From Dehalococcoidia bacterium (lineage in GTDB: Bacteria > Chloroflexota > Dehalococcoidia > Lucifugimonadales > UBA3495): DNA of 64,000 nt. Shown one piece after another: positions 37,289 through 46,162 of the stretch. The stretch spans positions 102,798 to 166,797 of the forward strand of contig CBDDEJ010000002.1 of NCBI GenBank assembly GCA_965226915.1, in the 5' to 3' direction. Within the stretch, counting starts at the first letter, position 1. Every line of letters begins with the position of its first letter. The position numbers and the translations under genes were made by a program. A model generated the notes under the pieces. It was not told the origin of the DNA. It did no database searches and saw nothing but the letters and a program-made list of their open reading frames with translations.

Positions 37289-38923
37289 ATGGCACACTAC
37301 GAGAATCGCCGTTCGGAACCATATGAGGAAGTGCTTGAGCATGAATTCCGCGTGATCGGGCCTCCCGGATGTGGGAAGACCACCTGGCTCGGTCAGGAAG
37401 CTGAGAAGGTTTTGAACCGGGGCGAATCCGTCCTGGTCGGGTCCTTCACCCGGGCTGCCGCCGCCGAGATAGCGGCACACCGGGTACCGGTCCCTACTGA
37501 CCAGGTCGGGACCCTACACTCCTTCTGTTTTCGGGTCTTGGACAAGCCGGAGATCGCCCTGGACAAGAAGGTCCTGAAACACTGGAACGAGCGGTATCCA
37601 TTCTATGCAATAACTCCGGTCAACGCCGATTTCACCGAGCCGGTCCACGGGCGTGCCCTGGAGGGTACCAATCCTCTACGTGGAGACCGCCTCTTGTCTC
37701 AGTACGAGCTGTGCAGGGCCACGATGACCACGGAGCGAATGCCGCCGGCGGTCCGGCATTTCGCCGCTCACTGGACCCACTGGAAGCGGAATTACGGCCT
37801 GCTCGACTTCACCGACCTCATCGAAGAGTGCCTGCGACACGTCCCTGTGGGACCCGGCAATCCCGACGTGATTCTCATAGACGAGGCCCAGGACCTGAGC
37901 CCAATGGAGTTGTGTCTGGTCCGTACGTGGGGGCGCCAGGCCCGACGCCTGATATTGGTGGGAGACCCGGACCAGACGATTTACACCTGGCGAGGAGCCA
38001 CAGATGGGACCATGTCCCACCCGGTGTCCGACGAGCAGCGTCTGATATTGACGCAGTCCCATCGAGTGCCGGTTGAGGTCCATGCCCTGGCGGTGCGATG
38101 GATCAACAGAGTCCTATCCCGAGAGAGAGTCGAATACCGGCCGCGTTCGGAAAGGGGAGACCTCACCAGTTCCCGGGCCACCTGGACGGATCCCCAGACG
38201 GCAATCGGCGAAGCCGAGAAATATCTCGACGAGAACAAAAGGGTGATGTTCCTCTCCTCTTGCGCCTACATGCTGAAACCCCTGCTGAAGCAGCTGTGCC
38301 AGGGCAGGATACCATACCACAACCCGTACAGGAGTTCCAACAATGAATGGAACCCCCTGCGTCGCCGGCGCCCACCATCCATGGCTGACCGGGTCCGAGC
38401 CTTTTTGCGCCTCGGCCACATAGGGACGTGGAGTCCGGATGACATCATGAAGTGGACCAAGCCGTTCAACCATGAGGATGTTCTTCGCCCAGGGGCCACT
38501 GAATTGCTTGAGCGCCTGATCGGCGACGACATACACGATGTGAGCCGGGAAACGATGCCCCTCCTGCTTACGGATGACGCCATTGAAGCCGGCTACAACG
38601 GGGACCTGGTGTGGTTCAGCCATCATATCAGCTCCGACCGGCGCGGTGCCGCGGAGTATCCGTTGGCGGTTGCCATGCGCCAGGGAGCCAGAGCGGTCTT
38701 CGAGACACCCGCGCTGACGGTGGGGACGGTCCACAGCGTGAAGGGCGCGGAGGCGGACGTGGTATTCCTGTCCCCCGACCTCAGTGGGGCGGGGATGAAA
38801 GAATGGTGTGGCAGTTCCACCGCACGGGCGTCTATATCTCGGCTGTTCTACGTGGGGATGACCCGGGCCAGGGAAAGTCTGGTGCTCCTCTCGCCGGGAG
38901 GCCGGAATGCTGTCCGGTTTTGA
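37289..38923 (+). CDS. UvrD/Rep-like superfamily 1 DNA helicase
   Basis: ORF 37172..38923. The likely start is ATG 37289 (MAHYENRR...), outside the hairpin arm. Motifs: GPPGCGKTT, ILIDEAQDLSPMEL, VGDPDQTIYTWRGA, TVHSVKGAEADVVFL and YVGMTRARESL. Confidence 0.85.
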   Translation: MAHYENRRSEPYEEVLEHEFRVIGPPGCGKTTWLGQEAEKVLNRGESVLVGSFTRAAAAEIAAHRVPVPTDQVGTLHSFCFRVLDKPEIALDKKVLKHWNERYPFYAITPVNADFTEPVHGRALEGTNPLRGDRLLSQYELCRATMTTERMPPAVRHFAAHWTHWKRNYGLLDFTDLIEECLRHVPVGPGNPDVILIDEAQDLSPMELCLVRTWGRQARRLILVGDPDQTIYTWRGATDGTMSHPVSDEQRLILTQSHRVPVEVHALAVRWINRVLSRERVEYRPRSERGDLTSSRATWTDPQTAIGEAEKYLDENKRVMFLSSCAYMLKPLLKQLCQGRIPYHNPYRSSNNEWNPLRRRRPPSMADRVRAFLRLGHIGTWSPDDIMKWTKPFNHEDVLRPGATELLERLIGDDIHDVSRETMPLLLTDDAIEAGYNGDLVWFSHHISSDRRGAAEYPLAVAMRQGARAVFETPALTVGTVHSVKGAEADVVFLSPDLSGAGMKEWCGSSTARASISRLFYVGMTRARESLVLLSPGGRNAVRF

Positions 38924-39458
38924 CCAACCCGAAGTGGATACCCACCAGGTAATGCAGGAAACCAACGGCTGGCACAGCAACTGCCACCCGCTTCATCCTT
39001 GATGGAAGTAGGACTGGCGCGACATGGAAGACCTAATCAATAAGCAAGGTCGTTCCGGTGCTACAGCTGCATCAATGATGCCAGTTGTTCACACCAGACC
39101 TTGTCCGGAGCGGCGAGGCGGAGAATGGCGCTCGATTGTGGTCGCGGATGCGCCAGCCAGGCGGAGACTGATAGTCAGACTTCCACAACCTCCGCTCACC
39201 GTAAGCCTGCGGAATCAGCAGTATCTCTCGTCATCCCCTCTGTGGCCCATCGGAGGCACCTTTTCGAAATAGAAAAGCGCAGAACCCGACCCATCGGTGA
39301 TGACGCGGCGGATTCACAGGTCCACGCACCACAAGCTATAGGAGTTGAACATGACGGCCAGATAGGGCTTTTGGCAGGATCAGGCCCGGGCCCAGGGACA
39401 AACAGTCTTCAATAGACCGGGACCCCACTCGGATACCCCGGGCGACGGCGGCCCGCAC

Positions 39459-39686
39459 GTGCTTCGCTGTCCGGCCTGCGGCGCTGGATACGGCGGTGTA
39501 CACGTGCTCGGGGCTGACCACGACCGGGACGGCTACCTGGGCAGCGTCCGCGCCACCGTCACCCTGGAGTGTGAGTACGGTTGCCTGTCCGTCTTGGTCT
39601 TTGGCAACTATAACGGTAATGGTTTTGCTTACTGGGAACCCCGCGGAACCCAGGCACCTGGGCCGCAAGGAGGAGACCGGAGCTGA
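39459..39686 (+). CDS. Small hypothetical protein (possible zinc-ribbon start)
   Basis: 75-aa ORF with a GTG start, (V)LRCPACGAGYGG... A larger antisense ORF (39336..39791) overlaps it, so the coding strand is uncertain. Confidence 0.2.
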   Translation: MLRCPACGAGYGGVHVLGADHDRDGYLGSVRATVTLECEYGCLSVLVFGNYNGNGFAYWEPRGTQAPGPQGGDRS

Positions 39687-39806
39687 AGGTTTTCGGTGCG
39701 CCATCCTAAGAATGTCCCCATCAAAGCGGGATGCGCGGGTCCTTTGGCGTACCGCTTGGTCGCCTGTTTCTCGACCGTGACCCGGCCCCAAACTGGCCCG
39801 GGGTAA

Positions 39807-40119
39807 ATGTTGTTATCCCGGCCAAAGAGGAGAAACTCTCCAGAGGAGATCATCAACAGGTTGAGGGAGCGGAGTGCTCACGGAGGCTGGGGACACCATG
39901 GCCGAAGCTAGCCGATTCGTTGGGGTGTCTGAGAGGAGCCTCTGACGCTGGTATTACCGGGTACGGCGGTCTGCGGATCCACCAAGCCCGGCACCTGAAA
40001 CATCCGGAGACAGAGAACAAACGGCTCATGAGGGCGGCAGCAGCGCGAGACTTCAGATCTCTGTCCGTCGCCACCGTTGTGTCCCGCGTGCCATGGAGAG
40101 TTTCAGGGCGGAGGACTGA
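39807..40119 (+). pseudogene. IS3-family orfA (HTH transposase) remnant with frameshifts; orfB absent
   Basis: ATG 39807 gives MLLSRPKRRNSPEEIINRLRE... Shifted frames then read ...MAEASRFVGVSERSL... and ...GYGGLRIHQARHLKHPETENKRLMRAAAARD. This is the IS3 OrfA pattern xRRxFSxExK...GVSxxTxYRWxxKYGG...RLKxLExEN. Confidence 0.45.
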
Positions 40120-40179
40120 GAGGTGCCACGTCAGGCTAGGGAACAGATTGAGAGGGGACCGGGTTGGGTGCGAGGGGAA

Positions 40180-40346
40180 TTAGGACGGACCCGAACTGAA
40201 GCCAGCGTGAAATGTACACATCGCTGGCCCCGCACTGACGGTGGCGACCCCAGCCGGGGCCTGAAGGTGTAATGAGGAGTTGATGAGTCTTTCGGTCGTC
40301 TTCAAGATCACGAAATGCACATCACACCCTGGTATTGGTTCAGGTT
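40180..40346. repeat. ~165-bp repeat, copy X (diverged copy of 43900-44066)
   Basis: AAGCCAGCGTGAAATGTACACATCGCTGG...CGAAATGCACATCACACCCTGGTATTGGTT aligns with copy Y at roughly four positions in five, by eye. Confidence 0.6.
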
Positions 40347-40420
40347 AGTACTGTCGCGTTTACGTCACTCTAGCCGTTCCCCGGCCGTACTGCATCAAAT
40401 GCCCGGAGACACTTCTGCAA

Positions 40421-41611
40421 CTACTGCAAATAGTCCGCCCATTGTTGCATCAGGACCCGCCGCCGTTCCAGCAGGTCTGACCTGGCGTAAGACTGTACGA
40501 CGCGGGAACCTACGCCGTGGGCCAGGGCAAGCTCCATAACTGCAAAACTCGCATCCGTGTTTTCAGCCGCCCAATCCCGGAAGCTGGAGCGGAATCCATG
40601 AACCACGGCGGCGACCCCAACCCGCCTCAGCATATAGCTCAGGGCGTTCTCAGAGAGCGGCTTGCTGGGCGTCAGGTCGTTGGGGAAGACGTACGGGCTG
40701 CCACCAGTAGGCAACTCCTCAGCTTCCCGCAAGACTGCCATCGCCCCGGTGGACAGAGGAACTCGATGCTCCCTGCGCCCCTTCATACGCGCCGCCGGAA
40801 TTGTCCACAGGGCGTTGCCAAAGTCAATTTCGTCCCAGGTCGCGCCCCGGACTTCGCCGGACCGAGCGGCCGTCAGTACCAGAAACTTGAGAGCCAACTT
40901 TGTAGCAGGGAATGCCGTGCTGTCCTCCACCGTCTCGATAGCCGCTCCAGCTTCGGGATAGGGTAGAGACTTGAAGTGTTCCTTGACCCTGGGCATGGAC
41001 GGCAACGCGGCATCAATGACCTCCCCAGCCGGGTTGACCGTGATATGCCCATAGGCCAATCCCCACGCCATGACCGTCTTGACGATCAGTCTGATTCGCC
41101 GCGCCGTCTCCGGCTTGGCGGTCCATACCGGGGTCAGAATCTCCAATGCCTCAGTTCTCCCGATACGGTCAATAGGCATATCCCCGATGGCCGGGAAGAC
41201 GTAGCGTTCCGCCCTCTGCCACCAGTTGTTTCTTGTCTTGGCGCTTTCCCACCTTGCGCCGTTCAGGTCATGGACGACGGCAGCCGCCTCTCGAAACGTG
41301 GGAATACCTGGAGCAGGTGCGGGAACGGCTTTCCTTCCGGACTGGTTGGTTTTCCTGGCCGGTACCAGGTCGCGTCCTTCCCTGACCGCCCGTCTGTTGT
41401 CGGATGCGAGATTCCGCGCCTCAGCCAGAGATACGCCCGGATACCCGCCAAGCCCCAAATCCCGCCGCTTGCCCTCTACCGTGATTCGCTGTATCCAGGA
41501 CTTAGAGCCGCCGGGAGCGATGTTCAGGTAGAGGCCGTCCCCGTCCCCATACCGGCCCGGAAGTTTGAGGTTCTTCACCTTGACCGCTGTCAACCTTGTC
41601 ATTTTCCCCAC
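40421..41611 (-). CDS. Tyrosine integrase, P4-type (N-terminal DUF4102 arm-binding domain)
   Basis: 396-aa ORF. Motifs: LTAVKVKNLKLPGRYGDGDGLYLNIAPGGSKSWIQR..., plus catalytic HGFRSSFRDWAAE and VVQSYARSD. It lies immediately downstream of the tRNA-Leu 3' end. Confidence 0.9.
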   Translation of the reverse strand: MGKMTRLTAVKVKNLKLPGRYGDGDGLYLNIAPGGSKSWIQRITVEGKRRDLGLGGYPGVSLAEARNLASDNRRAVREGRDLVPARKTNQSGRKAVPAPAPGIPTFREAAAVVHDLNGARWESAKTRNNWWQRAERYVFPAIGDMPIDRIGRTEALEILTPVWTAKPETARRIRLIVKTVMAWGLAYGHITVNPAGEVIDAALPSMPRVKEHFKSLPYPEAGAAIETVEDSTAFPATKLALKFLVLTAARSGEVRGATWDEIDFGNALWTIPAARMKGRREHRVPLSTGAMAVLREAEELPTGGSPYVFPNDLTPSKPLSENALSYMLRRVGVAAVVHGFRSSFRDWAAENTDASFAVMELALAHGVGSRVVQSYARSDLLERRRVLMQQWADYLQ

Positions 41612-41758
41612 TCACTTTACCCACACTTTTTCGTGGATGTGGGGAAACCGTAATGGACATCGCTGGACAAAGTCAAGGGTAAATGACACCAAGGTGAAGC
41701 TGGTTGTGGGGAAAAATGGACGCTATTGGACGGCTTTGGAAGTTCGGATGGTGCCGAA

Positions 41759-41844
41759 GGCCAGAGTCGAACTGGCACGGAGTCACCCCCACCGGTTTTT
41801 GAGACCGGCGCGTCTACCATTCCGCCACTTCGGCGCCGCGTTAT
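41759..41844 (-). tRNA. tRNA-Leu (anticodon CAA), CCA encoded
   Basis: Reverse complement is GCCGAAGTGGCGGAATGGTAGACGCGCCGGTCTCAAAAACCGGTGGGGGTGACTCCGTGCCAGTTCGACTCTGGCCTTCGGCACCA. Acceptor stem is GCCGAAG/CTTCGGC and the anticodon stem is CCGGT/ACCGG with loop CTCAAAA. It has a long variable arm and T-arm GCCAG-TTCGACT-CTGGC. Confidence 0.9.
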
Positions 41845-42470
41845 TTTATAGCTAAAATGGCCTGTTTGGTAGCCCTCGCTGATGAACCAGAGCGCCTATC
41901 GGCAACATTTAGCCAACATGGGCAAATTGTCGACCTGTGATTTGATATTCAACAGGTTCGCAGATTGGCGCGCGGCTTCTTCTTGGAGTCCGGGTAGCAC
42001 ATGGTCCCCTACGAACACTCGCCCGGTATTTTGCCATTCCATAGGTCCATCCCTTTGCTTGGCCGACAAACGGCTGCTACCGATTAGGTCAGGAGTATAT
42101 CAACGAGATGTCTGGTAACACCGTGGTAGATATCGATGACTAGACCACCGGCGGGACTGGAACTGCCGGAACCAATAACACCTACCAGGATAACGACTGC
42201 GCTACCAGTGAGCCTGCCGGTTTGTATAACTAGAGTCCACGGGTAACGGCTAAGCTGTCCTGGTACGAGAAGAGCCCCCGGGTCAATACCGGGGGCTTGC
42301 TCTTTGCCACCACGCCATTAACCCTACCGAAGACTGTTTGAAGAAGCCACTAGCGTCGTCGCCTACATTTTGAGGCCGGCGCGTTCGGCGCTTGGTTGTT
42401 TTATTGCTAACCCGGACAGTTTGGCGCCCATTAATTCGCTGCCTTTTGATCTTCCCGGTTGGCGGATTTG

Positions 42471-43715
42471 TTACCTGGATGCCCCGGTTATCATTCCCGC
42501 GATGTGTTCGCTGTCCCGAACGGCACCGTATATCAGGCCCGATGCCCGGTTGCGGAGCCAGGGAAGTCCTTTGAAGTACAGGCCAGGAATCGACGAGAGG
42601 CGGTTGGCATGGACCGGGGCGCCACGATCGTCTAGTTCCAAACCTTGGATCCAATTGAAATCGGCAGTGAAACCTGTACACCAAATGACGGTCTTGATGC
42701 CTTCCTGTATCAGATTCAGCGAATCTCGAAGCGGCGCCGACAAAAGGGCTGGGTTCGGGGCCTCGATGGGGTTGGCTTCCCCGGGTGGCGCATCGATTCC
42801 ATTATTCGTGATGTATTGGTCTATCGAGTCTTTGTGCCGCTGGGAGGCGTTGTCGGCGAAGTTGCAGTTTTCGATGAGGTTATCACGCAACTGAATTGTA
42901 TCTCCCGACGCGCCTTTCAGACCGCCCAAAACGACGGCGCCGTCACGCGCCAGTTGTTGGAGGCTAACGGCATGGCCGCCCCTTGTGCCTGAGACCTGGC
43001 CCTGAGCGGCGTACTGCATCTTTGGGTCTGCCAAATCGGCTACGGTGGTGTCCAGGTTGCCGGCATCGAGCGCCCAGTAGAGGACGTCCCTGCCCCGGTA
43101 ATTTCTGGGGGACCGGCCAACTTTACTGGTGCAGAGATATACCGGCCGCCCGGCCTCGATCAGTTCCTCGGCGATTTGGACCCCCGACTGGGCGCTGCCG
43201 ACTACCAACACGCCGCCAGGCTTAAGTTGATCCGGATTGCGGTAGTCAGCGGTGTGCATTTGGTCAAGCGACGAGGGAAGCTCCTTGTCGACGCCTGGGG
43301 TCAGGGGTGCCTGCATGGCCCCGGAAGCGATGACTACGTTGTCGGCGTTGTAAATTCCGGCCTCGCTCCGAATCTCGAACCCATTGCCCCCGGGACCTGG
43401 TCCGATGCCGGTCACGTTCACTCCCGTGCGAACCGGCAACTTCATGGAGCTGGCATGGCCCTCGAAAGACTGGAGTAATTCATCCCGATGCCAAAAGCCG
43501 TCGGGGTGGGCCAGGGGACGTTTGTCTCCCGGAAGTTGATTAAGGCGGTTGGGAGAGTTAAGCGCAAAAGAGTCCCAATGCTGGGAGCGCCAAGTCTCTA
43601 AGATGGCGCCTCGCTCCAACACGATGTGGCCTTGGCCGGCCTCGGTCAAGTGACAACTAACGCTCAATCCGGCTTGGCCGGCACCGACGATGATGGTTTC
43701 CACAGCTTCAGCCAT
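42471..43715 (-). CDS. FAD/NAD(P)-binding oxidoreductase (flavin monooxygenase/CzcO-like)
   Basis: ORF 42471..43778. The likely start is ATG 43715 (MAEAVETIIVGAGQAGLS), preceded by GGAGAAG. A second dinucleotide motif is VLVVGSAQSGVQIAEEL, and VIWCTGF lies near the C-terminus. Confidence 0.7.
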   Translation of the reverse strand: MAEAVETIIVGAGQAGLSVSCHLTEAGQGHIVLERGAILETWRSQHWDSFALNSPNRLNQLPGDKRPLAHPDGFWHRDELLQSFEGHASSMKLPVRTGVNVTGIGPGPGGNGFEIRSEAGIYNADNVVIASGAMQAPLTPGVDKELPSSLDQMHTADYRNPDQLKPGGVLVVGSAQSGVQIAEELIEAGRPVYLCTSKVGRSPRNYRGRDVLYWALDAGNLDTTVADLADPKMQYAAQGQVSGTRGGHAVSLQQLARDGAVVLGGLKGASGDTIQLRDNLIENCNFADNASQRHKDSIDQYITNNGIDAPPGEANPIEAPNPALLSAPLRDSLNLIQEGIKTVIWCTGFTADFNWIQGLELDDRGAPVHANRLSSIPGLYFKGLPWLRNRASGLIYGAVRDSEHIAGMITGASR

Positions 43716-43899
43716 GAGAAATCTTCTCCATATGCCTACGATTCGGACCGGTGGTACGGGTGGCGGCCAGTTGTTCAACAGGTCAGGTCAACCATTCAGT
43801 TCAACAGAAAATCACGGCCGGCGAGATCGCGTACTCAGGGGGCGATCTACCCCACTTGCCCGCATTCTATACTTGCCCGGTCCGCCTCGGCATCGGTCC

Positions 43900-44066
43900 A
43901 CAAATGTCCAACTAAACCAAAGCCAAGGTGAAATGTACATATCGCTAGACCGCACTGTCGGGTGCCCACCCAGTTGGGGCCTAAAGGTGATATGAGGTGC
44001 CGTGGAGCCTTCCGGTCGTCGTCAAGACCCCCGAAATGCACATCCCACCTTGGTATTGGTTTAGAA
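43900..44066. repeat. ~165-bp repeat, copy Y (immediately downstream of the IS1182-like transposase stop)
   Basis: See copy X. Both copies contain internal GAAATG(T/C)ACA(Y)ATC direct repeats about 115 nt apart. Confidence 0.6.
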
Positions 44067-45856
44067 GCCCGGCTGAAAAGCCCTGCTGTGACGAGATGAG
44101 GTGGAGGATAACCAGTGGACTGGGCCAAGTCTGAGACTAAGGGCGACCCATCTGGCCGCGGCCAATATGAATTGGGCAGTAACGATGGGCGACCCGGCGG
44201 CGAGCCGGTCCGGTCTATTCTCTGGTTTATTGGGGGAGGAGCCTGAAGCCTGGGACATCATCCCCATCCTGGTAGCCACCAGGGTCAGGTTGGCCACCGT
44301 GGCTGCCAGGAGTAGCTGAAAGAGGGTCTTGGCCCGACCAAAGTAGCGAGATTGGCGGACCCCCAGTTGCACCAGCCGAGCCAGGCGATGCTCGACCACC
44401 TGCCGCCGGCTGCGGTATTCGGCGAAGCTCTCACTTTTCTGGAAGGCCCGGGCTTGTTGCAGGAGCGCCTCTTGGGGATGGAGAGTCACCGTACGGCCTT
44501 TGCCCTCTCCAGCTGCCACGCACTGGGACCGCAGGGGGCATACGCCACAGACCGCCGGGTCGAATTGAAAACTCTGGACCGGATAGGTCTGACCCAACCG
44601 GTTGGTCCGGGTGCCGAAGGTCCGCAAGGTGTGGGTAACATTACCGGCTGGGCAGGTGACGGTGCCGGCCGCCAGGTCGATCTGGAAGTCCTCTTTGGGG
44701 AAGTGGTCTTTTCTGGGACGACCCGGCACCTTGGCTATTAGCGTCCGACCGGCATCGGCAAGGCCTGCCGCGTCCCGCCATCCCCATAGGCCGCATCCCC
44801 AATGGTCTCCTCCACAGGTATGCCCGTGTTCTCTTCACTCTGCTCCACCAGTTCCAGGACTCCGGTGTTGTCACCGGCATTGCCGGGCAGGATATCTACC
44901 GCGGTCACCAGTTGGGAATCGGTATCCACCACCACGGCAGCCTTATGTCCGTCGAAGCGTTTGCTGCTGCTTTTGCGCCCATGGCGCATCTCCGGGTCGT
45001 GCGCCGAAGGGACCCGGTCCCGGCTTACGCCATCCTTCAGGGCCGGACCATCCTCCTGCCGTTCCACATCTTGCAAGAGGAGTTGCCCCAAGAGTTCCGC
45101 TGCTTCTCCAATAGCCTGGCGCTCAGGACTATCTGCGGGAAATCTACCTTGGGCCTGACGGGCCAGTTCCAATACCAGGTCAGCATCGGCTACTATCTTC
45201 TGCAGTAAGGCTTGCCGCTCTTTCTTGTTGTCCCAGTCAATCCCCGCCTCTCCCTTCACACTGGAGCCAAAGTAAAGCTCCAGGCCGTGTCTCAAGGCCC
45301 ACTCCTCGGCCCGGGTCCCGTCCAGTTGGGCCAGTGCCCGGACCACCTGGACGATGCCGTCGGCCAGCAGGTTGTAGGTGTCCTTGACCGCTCCCCGGCC
45401 CAGAATGTAGGTGGTGTCCACCGCCACCTTCATCCGCCGTCCTTTCAGGCAGCCGGTCTGCCGGGCGAATTGGAGGCTGCGCTGAAAGACGGCCCGCACC
45501 CGGTCGTGGAGGATCAGCTGGGCTCGAAACAGTTGCAGGGTGCTCTTGGCAAAGGGACGGTCCTCCACCTCAATCCCCAACGCCACCTTCCACCGGATAT
45601 CGAAGTCCGCCCTCTGCTTGGCTTCCAGGTCCCTCACTTTGTCGTAGGCTTGCAACAACAGCGCGGTGGCCACCAGACTGGGCGCCACGCTATCCCGGCC
45701 ATTGTCCGGGCAATACAGTTCGGCGAAGTCTTCGTCTCGAAATAGCTGACCCCGCAGGGAGGCCAGGAAGCCGTAGAAGGAGCCGCGGCCCACATAGTCC
45801 AGGTAGAGATGGTCCGCTTCCAGGAACCCCAGCTGTTTAGAGCGTTTTCCCAGCAT
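44061..45856 (-). pseudogene. IS5/IS1182-family DDE transposase, one frameshift
   Basis: ORFs 44738..45856 (DUF772-like N-terminus, ...IGDAAYGDGGTRQA) and 44061..44729 (...CGVCPLRSQC..., HRLARLVQLGVRQSRYFG). Reading LADAGRTLIAKVPGRPRKD across ~44755 joins them. Confidence 0.75.
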
Positions 45857-45936
45857 CCCCTGCCTCCCACACCCATTAAATTATCCTGACAATTATATCG
45901 GAACAGTCGAGGTCAGTGCACTTTTCGGCCAGACTT

Positions 45937-46089
45937 CTAGTACTACAACGACGCGTTATGAGAAAACACGCTCAGGTCTTCTTCTTCAGCTACGGACCGT
46001 TCATCATGGGAGACTCGCACTCGTTCGTTGCCAGCTTCAAAATCCGCCCACGAGTTACCTTGTAGGATAACACGTCGTTGTAGTACTAG
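45937..46089. mobile_element. MITE family 2 (153 bp, 23-bp terminal inverted repeats, CTAG ends)
   Basis: The left end is CTAGTACTACAACGACGCGTTAT. The right end is ATAACACGTCGTTGTAGTACTAG. 22 of 23 positions are complementary. Confidence 0.8.
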
Positions 46090-46162
46090 GAAGTCGCGAA
46101 TTGGTGTTTTTTGGCACGCCAACAAATGGACGCCCGCCGCATGCATTATTTATAATTACGTT

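Larger units (their letters stand above)
43900..45940 (-). mobile_element. IS5/IS1182-like insertion sequence (left boundary unresolved)
   Basis: The upstream terminus ...CTTTTCGGCCAGACTTCTAG (45921-45940) matches the MITE-1 terminus CTTTCCGGCCAGACCTCTAG at 18 of 20 positions. The other end is not identifiable by eye. Confidence 0.55.

Noticed and set aside
38114-38980. Long antisense ORFs opposite confident genes (also 22279..23082, 8209..8850, 25298..25966, 26375..27016, 35162..35803, 60459..61151, 61939..62577 and others)
   Set aside because: These are typical GC-rich shadow ORFs. They have no motifs and an Arg/Pro/Gly-biased composition, and each overlaps a gene with clear family signatures on the other strand.
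41845-42470. 625-bp stretch between tRNA-Leu and the oxidoreductase, with several 48-133-aa ORFs and a hairpin AGCCCCCGG-gtcaata-CCGGGGGCT (~42272-42296)
   Set aside because: None of the ORFs has an RBS, motif or plausible composition that I could defend. The hairpin lacks a U-tract and a clear upstream gene.
46151-46156. Perfect TATAAT 6 nt upstream of the GTG start of the first ABC ATPase (leaderless transcript?)
   Set aside because: There is no acceptable -35 at the proper spacing (TTGGCA lies ~34 nt upstream). A single hexamer match is insufficient.
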